Source: Botryllus schlosseri (lineage: Eukaryota). Taken from it: 64,000 nucleotides of DNA. The stretch spans positions 3,286,001 through 3,350,000 of the forward strand of contig CM119378.1 of NCBI GenBank assembly GCA_051294905.1, read 5' to 3'. Each line of letters begins with the position of its first letter. Position 1 is the stretch's first letter. Below are positions 24,101 through 35,208 of this stretch, piece by piece. Under the pieces are notes generated by a model. That model did not search any database, had not been told where the DNA came from, and saw nothing but the letters and a program-made list of their open reading frames with translations. Made by a program: the position numbers and the translations under genes.

Positions 24101-26221
24101 TAACTTTATGATCCTCGCTCTACACTAGCTGAAGAGAAAGAATATCTTTCCTAAATGCAGACAAAATGTAAATGCGAATGAGTCTTGAAAATTAGGATAA
24201 TTCAAAACGGTTTTATTGCAGTCTCTTACTAATGAACGATGGTGTAACTAGCGGGAATATATTAATGTTGCACTACGCAAGGAATTATTTCGTTGCTAGC
24301 TACATTTTTTAATGCGACTTATCTTCTCTGGACAGATTCATTCGATCACCAAGTGCCAGAGCATTTGTCAACCAAATGAAGAGCGAAAAAGCCGTGAAAC
24401 AATGGGCTGATAGTAAGTAGTCGTGTAAAATATCAATCGTTGCGTCCCCGTCCGTGCTGACGGCCTTAGGAATTCGATGACCTGTGTTGCGTCTCCAGTT
24501 CGGTACGTGGCACACCCGGACACATATCCAGTATGACTGTGCGCTACAGCAAGCAGATGCTACTCATCATGTACTTGAACGCGGACCGTGCCACTTCACA
24601 CTAGCCACTACTTATCAGCAATATTTACAATACGATACATAGTTGAGTAAAACGAATAGGCTATATGTTACAGACAGATATGTCGCCAAAACTAGATGAA
24701 TACAACTTCCCATAAATAATACAACTATATAATCCAGTTGGTACAAGAGCAATTCAGCACAGATATGGACAACTAGATAACTCTGTTAAATATTTCTATG
24801 CTCTAATTTTAATTCTAATGTAATTTCTGGTTCTGAAGAAAATACTACAGGAGAACGGTACAGCGCGAAACGAACCAAGCTTGCTGTACAGACATTTGCC
24901 GTTCTCTTGCTTATCAGAATGAACCGTGATTTGATACGAACTGAACTTGATTCAACTTTCCAGTTTTCGCGAATTCAGTAATTCTAATTCCAATCTACTT
25001 TGGAAGAAACTGCGTAGCTATAACTATAATTATAATCTAATTTGAAAAATAAAATAAAAACTGTAATTGTAATCTAATATGGAAAGCTGAAAGTTTTCTA
25101 GAAGCGCAAATCCGATTGAGCATTGCGTATCCGTAACTGCACGAGTAATTGAAAATATGCGGTGTGATATTTACCGATTCAAATCAATTTGGCACGGGGC
25201 TGTTAAACTAATGCACAGTTGTAAGCAAAACGAGAGAAAACATTCAACTTCTCTTTCCAGAGGTCGGAATTGATGTCGCCAAAGCCAAAGCCGCGATGAG
25301 CATGGGGGCACGGGCACAATTGGTACGAAACCAACGGGCTCAACAGAACGTCCTCAGAAGAAGACAAATGATGCAACATAGAGCGATGCAACAGAGAAGA
25401 ATGCAGCAAGCAAGACGAAACAACTATTTCGCTAACCTCGGAGTAAGTTGAAAGTAACTGCATGCAAGAATAGGGCAAGAATTCCCCGATTAATCCGAAT
25501 TGGAATAATATTGAAGATGACGCGGGGCCTGCCATGAGTTTCGTAGGCCTCTGACTTTCGCTAGTACATACATTATTATTAATAAATATTTGAGGAGGTA
25601 CAGAACTTCAATGTACAAGTGACTAGTATATTCATATTGAAAGATACGCGAATATTTTCGGCTGACACTTGTCAGGGGTGATCCCAGTTGCTGACGATTA
25701 CTCCTGACGAGTGTCAACCGACAATATTCGGGTTGATTTCAATATGAATACATTATATAAAGATATAAAGATTCTGTCTTACCAGCGCTGCGTTATCATA
25801 AATTGGTCGCCATCTTCCGCCATATACATTAGTTGGAAGAGTGAACAAATCGGTCTTTGGTATCCTAATATATTCACCTCTAGATTAGTAAATTGGGGTA
25901 GTAGTGTCATGACATGAGCGTTAACCTACGAAATTTCTACTAGAACGCGTCAATTGTGTGCGTGTCATCAGAAAAGAGCAATACATTGGCTTTTTTAATG
26001 TTCTTCCATAAATCAATTTCAACTATGTATAAATATGTATGCTTTGGCCCATTACGTCCGCGTTTTGGTACCATGGTAGATCGCTAAGAAATTCAGTGGC
26101 CCTTAACATCACGGATAAGCACTGAATATCGACGGTTGTGTGACATGAGTTGATAATGTTGTTTCCATTTCAGCGACAATATTACAGACAAGCATCAAGA
26201 GGCAGACGTGACGAATTATAA
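21167..26221 (+). CDS. uncharacterised secretory-pathway protein: signal peptide, (Arg-rich), acidic block, EF-hand, Arg/Gln/Met-rich tail, C-terminal RDEL
   Basis: Exons built by phase matching: 21167-21246 (MNRIIVALLLGFTLLTIHMANAQDGE); possible 22236-22369; 23520 or 23561-23768 (acidic + DLDKNGKLTIAEF); 24336-24412; 25261-25442; 26174-26221 (RQYYRQASRGRRDEL*). The last three introns are canonical GT-AG and phase-consistent; the junctions between exon 1 and the acidic exon are uncertain. Confidence 0.7.
25589..25765. mobile_element. R1 palindromic MITE (intronic)
   Basis: ggctgacacttgtcagggg / ctcctgacgagtgtcaacc inverted arms. Confidence 0.7.
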
Positions 26222-26600
26222 GAAGCGACAAAGAACCATCCCATTCTTCTAGTAAAGGACTCGATCTTGATATCATAAGTAGTCGGCGGTGTCGTCTGTT
26301 ACGCCATCACTGGAGTCAAATTTTTATGTCGGGAGAGAAGCCCAAACATTATACCGCCGGTCTTGTAACGCTCGTCTTGTAGTCACAGAAAATTGCCAAA
26401 ATACAACAGGAATGGATACTGAATGAGTTCTTAGTTTGATAAATTTGCAATAATTAACGGAGTTGAGCGTATACTCATGCTGTTCAGGCCGCCCGTTGCA
26501 AACAGGCAAGGTTATAACAATCAGTAGTGCACGCACAAAAAGGACCGATACAGTGTGCAGTGTTGAGCTGCTATAGCGAATGACGATTTATACCAGGGGT

Positions 26601-27350
26601 CATAGGCGCTGAACTCAGGTATGCCGCGCATACCTAGGATTCTTTTTGGGTATGCAGCATACTCAGAATTCGGCTAGACCTGTAACTGACTGGCTGGTGA
26701 ATTGATCGATTTAGAATTAAGCAATGTATTTCTTACTGCTGCTGAACACCTAAGCAAATCAGCAGCAATACATTCACGTGCGTAGCAAAACCCGTCCTTT
26801 TGAAATGGCCATTCTGACGCTAATATTCAGTTGCAATTCCGCAAGTCGTATTTTATCAGTGTTGTGCGCGGCCGCGGCCAATTAACGAGAAGCGTGTTTC
26901 CAATTAGCAAGAATAGTTCGTGCACAATGTAACGCAACGCGATCTCGCGCTGAGATGATTCCGAAGTTATTGATTGCCGCGCGCTCTGCAATCGTCACTG
27001 GCCTGATTTATCGCGCCTCCATCAAGCCTCGTTCCGCTGGCTTGAAGAATCGCATCTGGAATAGGCCCAGTGCGCACTATACCGTCGCTGGCCTGCACAC
27101 GATACCATCGTTGGCCTACACAATTGCGTGCGCAATAGGCCTGTTACGAAATATATCATCACTAGCCTAACGATCGCGTCTCGTGCCTAGAATGCTTTGG
27201 CTCTCGATTGTGATTATAGATTGACATCGCGAAACTGACTGACATCGAATGTCCGCAAGCATGTTCGACGCGTGCGTACATGCGTGCTTGATTTCCGCTA
27301 ATACTTGAACAGAACCATCAGAAGATGTGTCTCAAGGCTTATGTTACTAA
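26601..27350. mobile_element. family C repeat, inverted relative to 36325-36870
   Basis: Shared terminus cataggcgctgaactc (reverse complement ends at 36870) and a long shared body. Confidence 0.75.
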
Positions 27351-28187
27351 AGATGTCAATTTCTATGGGCGAAATGTGGCGATTGTCATCTCCTGCTGTG
27401 TCGGAGTATGATATCTGATGCGCCGGCCGGAACTATCGCGTTTTCTGAGATTGTGATGTCAGACTGGCTCAGACATCGAACATGAACGGAATTGATTAAA
27501 ATACATACTGATCGTGAACAGACAGCGGCGTAATTGATTTTGATTAACGCTAATACTAAAACAGAACGATCAGAAAATTGTCTTGCAGGCTCTTGATATC
27601 GAAACTTCTGACTCCCCTGAAATCAGAGTGACTAATGAATAGAGTCCAGCACGCACAGACTCTCCATTTGTGAGAATAGTTCCTGCAACTTTAGTTTATT
27701 AGCCGTCGTCACAGATTCGTATTCGTTTGTTCTCGAGGCGAGTGATTGAAATCTCCTGATTGTCGGTGCGCGTGTTGGCGAATATGTTGCGGGAGATTGC
27801 GAGCGCGCTAATTGCATGCATAGTCGGACTCGCTGGTGATCCTAAAGTAGCGTGATGTGTCGTAGTAGTGTCGAATATTACGTGCGAGCCCGTTACACAA
27901 GGATGCTGATCCGATCGATGTATTATCGGCATTGGTGCATGCACTTGACCATAATAAACTGATGCTACCTTGGTAAATTTGAAATGAATTCAATCAATTT
28001 AGCAAGCGGCCGGCTGGCTGCGCGCCTGCTTAATACTATCGTAATTTTGTCACTATATATAAGTGACAGGTGATATTGAACGCTTGCGAGTCGGCTCATT
28101 TTTCAATTATGACGCACTATGACGTCACCCCTTTGTTACGTCATCGATCCCGCATATCCAGGGAAAATTAGACTTCAGCGCCCATGC

Positions 28188-28893
28188 CAGGTGTGGCCAA
28201 CCTTTTCAGCCAAAGGGCCACATTCGATTGACAAACTATTACGCGGGCCACTAGCCGCGCCAAGCGCGGAAATTTTTCGAAGTTCATGGGTCAATAATAT
28301 TGTCACTCGTCTATATTGCGGGCCTGCTGTATATCAATGGGCTCAGTTTGCAAGGACTGCACTATTCGGCACCTGGACATATCGATATCGAAAGGTTCCA
28401 CCAACATGCGTCAATCATTTTGTGACTAGGTTTCATAGTCGATGGTCTTTCTGCGAGCCCAAACGCAAGGTCGCATATGTTAAACGACACTTTGTCTCGT
28501 AATCGCGAATATAGTTAGACTCAATTTGATACATTAGGCGTTCTTTCATTTTCACAAAGGGTTAATACTAATAAATGCAAGAAATCGAGTGAAAACATGT
28601 TGCGCAATGCGTAGATAATTCTTACTTTTGAAAAATCGATCGCAAATTATTCTGCTTTACTGTAGTGTACGAATATCTACCAAAATGTGACTGGTTCATG
28701 GATCCGCCAATGCGTCGGAACTTATATATTTTAGTCATCACATCTCAAGTGCTGCGGCCAGACTAATCAAATTATTGGTTGGCCTTGCAAGTTCACAATC
28801 TGCGCAATCCATTTTTGATAATATTACTAATTTCGGAAAATATCTCGCGGGCCACTCAAAGCCTTCTCGCGGGCCACGGGTTGGGCGGCCCTG
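28188..28893. mobile_element. hAT MITE (caggtgtggccaacc ... ggttgggcggccctg)
   Basis: Degenerate TIRs and GCGGGCC subterminal motifs; no TSD recognisable. Confidence 0.55.
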
Positions 28894-29129
28894 ATTTATA
28901 CCATCATTGGGGCTGGTGGCTTGATAAATAGCTGGTGAAATGTCGCCGTCAAATATTGTGGAGTTGCAAAACTATTGGCATGCTTTCACTGATTTTAATA
29001 TATATTCGTACGCTCTCAGCTCGCAAGTCACGAGAAGTAGTATTTTCTTAGAAATCAGTATATATCAACCAGAGGTGGGGACCGAAGAGTATAACGAAGT
29101 AATTCTGCAATTGAAAAGAATAATATTAA

Positions 29130-29277
29130 AAATGAGCCCGAATATATTCGACTGACACTCGTTAGGGGTAACCTAATCGTCAGCAACTGTGTCAGCCGAA
29201 AATATCCGGATTTATTTCAATATCAATATACTTTTCAATTGTGTATTGAAGTTCTGTGCCACCAAGGTCTTCAAAGA
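29130..29277. mobile_element. R1 palindromic MITE (internally deleted)
   Basis: gactgacactcgttagggg followed by gtgtcagccgaaaatat...gaagttctgtgccacc. Confidence 0.65.
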
Positions 29278-30983
29278 CATTCTACTTGTTCGGAGAATTC
29301 AAATATGTTTTCCGTAATGCGCTACTTACTCACGTGGTGACGTTTCAAACTACTCCCACTGCTACTTCGTAGTTCTTAAGGCTAAACTACATACCGTTTA
29401 CAATTCGAATTTTGAATACTAGAAAGTAGTTCTGTGATGAGTTTCAATCGATTTTATGAGTGAAAAGTCGTGCTTCGAATTCAACAGCTTCAAGTACCGT
29501 ACTTCATTTTAAAAACTTACAAGGAGGCATACTTGATCGTTGCTTTTTCGACTATATATCTCCGGTCAACATCTAACTGATGCGAATCGGTGTGTGTAGA
29601 TCTGACATTTAACAGTACCACTTTCATAGATGTGCGAGAGGCACCGACCAGCCGCGCTGTGAGTGAAATCATTATCATTTTAATATCGGCCACACGAAAA
29701 CTATACACACCTGTACTGCTTCCAAACCAGAAAAGACAGGCGCTCTGATTTGAAAAACAAAACAAATCTTTACTTCCTTTTCGGCGATTACTAATATTTT
29801 CCAGCCACTACCACTACCACAGTCGAGTAATTCAAAATTCAAATCACCATACAATACACAAAGTACAAACACGGAAGTCGGGAGTACAATATGAAATACA
29901 TAAGCGTAAGCAGTAAGCATAAGCACATACTAATGCCAGAGAGTGAGGATTCGTGTCTGGTATCATGTGTTTAGGATCAGACTTCACTGTATATTATCGC
30001 CAGTCATTATGGTATATATTGTATACTGCCATGTGCGTTGTTCAGATAACATACTTCATCAATAAACTGTCATTTTGGCACTATCCATTTCATATATGAT
30101 CGCCGTCTAGGGCCTTTGAAATGATAAAATCGATTACCAAATGATACAGTGAACAACCTATGCATGTGACTGATCTATTACAGCAGCTTGTTGCAGAGAA
30201 AACTATAACAGTAATTAGAAAGACAATGGTTATCTATCACTCACACGTTAATCCTTGATTGAATTCACTCTATTAACTCTGCTCCATACCACGGGTATGT
30301 AATTTACTCAACTATACGATTAGGCCTATGCATCTATCAACGAAGGGATACATATGTGAAGAAAGGTACATTCTAAGATACAGCAAGGATTCGGTAACTA
30401 TAATACAGACAATTGAAAAATGTATTAACAGTGTTACACTCAGACTGCACATGAAAACAAGTGAAACAGATCTGCAGCTACTCCCCAGACAATATGTACA
30501 GTACATACAATGCACAAAAGCAGTGAATATAAAGCTAAATTGACCTATGACATTACAGAAAATCATATTGAAATGGTAAACCAGTGCGATATTTATGACT
30601 CTTTATTGACTGGATATCAATAATTTTGCAAGATTAGGAACAGGACAATACAACCGACATCAATTATTTGACTCATTCAATATAAGTAGGTTACCAATGC
30701 ATTGTATGAATAGAAAATAGACAGATCATTGAATTTGATGGAAATACTATTAACAGGTAATCAGAAAAATAATTTCATTAGCAGAAGAACGTGAACACTG
30801 TACAGTAATTCAAAGTCCCTTTTCCAATAAGTTTTATCAATTTTCGAAACTGTTCATCTGTTCAGCCACACATAACTAATGTGAGGTTTACAAAATGAAA
30901 TAAAAACTGAACAATGAAAGAATATACACCACAGTTAAGACAGTTACTGTATGTAGGCTTATCAACAACATTTTCCTTTGACT

Positions 30984-32084
30984 CTATTCAAAATCTTCTT
31001 GTGAAAGAATTTTAAGAATCACACAACAGTCACGGGTCAACTGACTTTCGCTGGTCTCTATGATATCACAAAGATTTGTAACTGCAGCATCGCTCAAGTT
31101 ACGATCATATGCATACGCAGCGGCTGTCACAAGCGCACCACAAACTTTTAGAACACTATAGCAAGTGGCGATGAATGTGGAGGTCTTATCTGGACAGTCC
31201 AGCTGAGGAAGACCAGAATCCAAAACAGTAACCCCGCTCAAAGCTGAAAGGATTTGTGGTCGAAAAAAATAATACAGATCCAACATATCAATACACGTAT
31301 TGTAAACTCTTCTATCACAGAAGCGGTCGTCAATTCTACACAGAATTTCTAGAAGTACCATCACACAAGGATACGGTGAATCAAGTAATCGAAGATTGTA
31401 GTTGATTGTATTCAAAATACGCAATTCAGATTTCATTATGACGTTTCTGCTGTAACAGTGATTCTGTTTTATCAGGATATCGGCAGCTTTGTTTAAAGTA
31501 ATAATATGTTCGTGTGAAGTAACTTTGCTTGCAATCATGACTGACGTTACAGCTCTTAGTTTCGTTTGTGATTTTACATGCTCAATAGTTTCCATCCATT
31601 CCTTATCAGTCATATCCGATTCACCATTTTCTCCTGTGATCCATCCGAGATGATTATCTCTATCTGAAGCACTGAATACACTTCCAGCCTCTAAATCAGA
31701 CGAGATATGCCCGTTTCCTGTGGTCTTACTCAAAATTTTATGGGAGCTCTTGTCAGTTTTGCTTTCGTGCATAATATCATATAACTGGCTCATGAGCAAA
31801 GACATGAATCTAGTAAAGATCTCAAGAGCTTTGTATTTGGTTTCTTCTGACAGCTTCCAATGCTGACACAACATAAATATGAACTCGGCCGCATCCCCGC
31901 ACGAGTAGAAACCACACATGATGGACGTATCCAAAGCATTCTTAGTCGTTGTCCCAGCTTTCTTGGTGCATATGTTTCGTATGGTGTTCAAATGATCTCG
32001 AAGTTCCTCCGGCTTACAGAAATCAGAGGCAAAGTTGTGTACAGAAGTGCAACGATCCGTCGTCATTGGGGCTGTCCACTCCAT
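30984..32084 (-). CDS. CNTD1: cyclin N-terminal domain-containing protein 1 (COSA-1 orthologue; meiotic crossover designation), intronless 366 aa
   Basis: EFIFMLCQHWKLSEETKYKALEIFTRFM, LRAVTSVMIASKV, KSELRILNTINYNL and CIDMLDLYY match the CNTD1 cyclin-fold blocks. A long insertion inside the cyclin box is characteristic of this family. Confidence 0.85.
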   Translation of the reverse strand: MEWTAPMTTDRCTSVHNFASDFCKPEELRDHLNTIRNICTKKAGTTTKNALDTSIMCGFYSCGDAAEFIFMLCQHWKLSEETKYKALEIFTRFMSLLMSQLYDIMHESKTDKSSHKILSKTTGNGHISSDLEAGSVFSASDRDNHLGWITGENGESDMTDKEWMETIEHVKSQTKLRAVTSVMIASKVTSHEHIITLNKAADILIKQNHCYSRNVIMKSELRILNTINYNLRLLDSPYPCVMVLLEILCRIDDRFCDRRVYNTCIDMLDLYYFFRPQILSALSGVTVLDSGLPQLDCPDKTSTFIATCYSVLKVCGALVTAAAYAYDRNLSDAAVTNLCDIIETSESQLTRDCCVILKILSQEDFE

Positions 32085-33202
32085 AATATTGGCAAGTATG
32101 TTCTATGTATCATAGGATATAACATAGAAAACGACGATATCACTACGGATGCAAACGAACAATAAACTTCTACAAGGCCTATACTACTCGGTAGACACCA
32201 GCAGAACAATAGTCAATTTTATCTTAACATATAGATAGATTCATAGGTCATAGGATCAAGGTATTGTATCGCGAAATTTAAACTACCCACAACAAGATAT
32301 ACCGGTGTACCTAAAACCGCAGTTGGCCTAGCCTCGGTAGTGATCTAGCCTTCAGCAATCAACGAGTGATTATTATTGTATATCGCACGCATCAGTGATC
32401 AGATTGACCAATGTCACTCAACTAGGTTTGGTCGAGCAACTTTGAACAATGATGTAAATCGTAGCTTTTAGGTATGTATAATGTATAATTATTGTGAGCA
32501 GTGTTCTATTGTACAAGCTATACCTCAATAGAATGTGAATTTCTGAGATTTAACTATGACGATGGCTGATTGGGTGGACTCCTAAGACGCCGGGAATGAG
32601 CGTGGGCTAGGATTGTATCAGATTTGAATGTTAATTTTATAGAATGTAAACGTTTACATTCTATAGTTAATTTACTTGAAGAATTTTTAAGCTACATCAT
32701 GCTTGACCGAGATGGCAAACTTTCATTTGCCGAATTTGAGCTTGACTCGGATATTTGAAGAGCTTCTTGGAGGTACAGAACTTCAATATACAATTAAATA
32801 GTATACTCGGATATATAACTCCGATTCGGGTTAGAAACGCAAAACTGTAAACAGGATTCGTACCAGCGGTAATTCGTACACTCCTTGCAAAATGGTACGT
32901 TATCAGCAAATGTGATCAAATGGGCATTGTAGTTACTCAAGTAGAAGTAGAAATAACGTTCAAAATTTTTACTCGTGTAGAATTAGGTAGCAATTATATA
33001 CCCAATAACTGAAAAACCAAGTATTATAGGCCTAGTTTTGCCTAGGAAATTGAATACTGCCACGTAGAAGTAGAAGTACGACAAAACAGAACCACTTGAG
33101 GAAGAACTGCATGTGGGCAAAATCGACTTGAAGTAGAAGTAGAGGTAGAAGTACTTCATTAACTAAGACCATGTTTGGTATTAGATATAGAGGCGTCTAA
33201 AC

Positions 33203-33919
33203 CAGTGGTTCTCAACCTTTTTCACCTCGCGGACCGGTAAAATTTCATAAAATGTCCTGGCGGACCGGTGAACTTTCAAAATTGAAATGAAGCTAAAATC
33301 TGAAGTATGAAACCGTTTTTTGCAATTTTGTGGTGCTAGCGAGTGACGTTTAGCGGGGTTTTGATCGTAATTAATTATCTTCATGATGGATTATCTTCAT
33401 GATATTATGGTAGTCAGTCTGCTGAGTGGAGGTAAAATTGCCTTGTCCAGATAAGCGTGCTACCGCCGACAGTCGTTTATAGTCTCTCGCGTCGAATGCC
33501 ATGAGTTTCACCGACCACGCCAACTCGAATAATATTCTTATAGAAATTAACCAATTAATTTAATTTAATTTAATTTAATTTAATTTAATTTAATTTAATT
33601 TCTATAATATTCTTCTCTTCGATAATATCGAGAGAAGAAGCGTTTCGGAGTCGAACCAAACACTACCATGCTACCATGCTCATGGCCAACTGCCACCGGG
33701 CGCATAAGCTACGCTGGAAACTACGAATACAATGCGTGCCGCAAGAAAACACCATACAGCAACTATACCGACCATCCGCCAATCCGTGCCGAAACAGCAC
33801 TTCGTCAGCCCTCCCCAAAAAACGTTGGTTTTATCAATGGACAAGCCTTCATCATTTCATCTTGAATTTAAGGTATAGAATTGTAATATGCCTGGCGGAC
33901 CGGCGGTTGAGAACCATTG
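33203..33919. mobile_element. Buster/Charlie-type hAT MITE in the CNTD1/PPCDC divergent intergenic region
   Basis: cagtggttctcaacc ... ggttgagaaccattg; perfect TSD gtctaaac. Confidence 0.92.
33557..33601. repeat. (AATTT)9 microsatellite
   Basis: Perfect pentamer array inside the MITE. Confidence 0.95.
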
Positions 33920-34191
33920 GTCTAAACTACTGCAAATATTATAGCGTTGTAAAACTATGTAAATTGCTATGATTATTAGGGTGGAGGCCAAAAGTCACGC
34001 TTAATGGCTGTTGCTATGATTATATGTATTCTAGGCTAGCCACATTCAAATCCAAATCCGGTGAAACGCCAATCCCACGCTTCAGATATTTGGAATCTCC
34101 GGCATCGTTACGCAAGTGTCGGCATCTCTTCAGCCTTTACTTCGCTGTTATTTGCAACTTGAGAAAGAATCTGCGTGGAGCTGATTTTCTG

Positions 34192-34758
34192 ATGGATAAG
34201 CCACGCAAAATATTGCTCTGTTGTACCGGAAGTGTTGGATGTGTAAAAATTCCAGAGCTTGTGGAAATCTTGAAAACCCGCATGCCCAACTGCGCCGTTG
34301 AAGTCGTATGTACAACCAACAGTCTCCACTTCTTGAGTGAATGGGGAAAATCGTTCGATGGAAAACTTCATAAAGACGAAGATCAATGGACAGCGTGGAA
34401 AAAGATGGGCGATCCTGTTCTGCACATTCAGCTCGAGAAGTGGGCGGATATGATGGTATTAGCACCACTTGACGCAAATACACTCGCAAAAGTGGCGAAT
34501 GGCATATGTGACAATCTAGTGACTGAAATTGCTAGAGCGTGGGATTTTGCCAGCAAGAAACCAGTCATATTTTGTCCTGCTATGAATACTAAGATGTATG
34601 ATCATCCAATCACCTCTCCTCAGATTCAAATCTTGAAGTCCTGGGGATTCATTCAAGTTGCGCCCATTGCCAAACCTCTTGCCTGTGGTGATGTTGGCAT
34701 GGGTGGAATGGCTGAAGTTGACACAATCGCAAATGAAGTATGTAAGCATTTCTTATGA
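34192..34758 (+). CDS. PPCDC: phosphopantothenoylcysteine decarboxylase (HFCD flavoprotein), intronless 188 aa
   Basis: ILLCCTGSVG, DPVLHIQLEKWADMMVLAPLDANTLAKVANGICDNL, PAMNTKMYDHP and LACGDVGMGGMAE are present, including the catalytic His and Cys. The start is placed at MDKPRK rather than the upstream ATG at 34024. Confidence 0.95.
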   Translation: MDKPRKILLCCTGSVGCVKIPELVEILKTRMPNCAVEVVCTTNSLHFLSEWGKSFDGKLHKDEDQWTAWKKMGDPVLHIQLEKWADMMVLAPLDANTLAKVANGICDNLVTEIARAWDFASKKPVIFCPAMNTKMYDHPITSPQIQILKSWGFIQVAPIAKPLACGDVGMGGMAEVDTIANEVCKHFL

Positions 34759-35208
34759 GGAAACATTGTTTCTAATTTTGTACTTGATGCACTGGTTGTC
34801 TTGTCTCAAAGGTCAATGTATTTCATTACGGTACTAAATGTTGCTGATGATCATGTTGTATTGATTCATTAGTTAATTTATGCTTATTCATTCTCAATTC
34901 TTACATTTTATTGACATAGGAAGACTGAATCGAAACCTGTGGTTGCCATAACAGTTTGTTTCCTGGGTATCAATGGAAAAACATGCAATATGTGGTGGAG
35001 ATATGCTAATGGACTGAAGCCTTTGACTTGATGTATTATTTAAAATTGTTTTCAAACCATTAAAAATGTATTTATGTGTCATGGAAATCTTGTGATTAAT
35101 TGTGTGCACTTTTAAAATAGATTTTTCTCATAAAGTCATTGAATTCTCAATATTTTAGTTGTTTGTAGTAAGACTTTGTAGAAAGAAAGACTTCACTCAC
35201 AAACGGAA

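Noticed and set aside
34024-34191. 56-aa N-terminal extension of the PPCDC ORF
   Set aside because: No similarity to PPCDC; homology begins at MDKPRK (34192). Most likely open 5' sequence.
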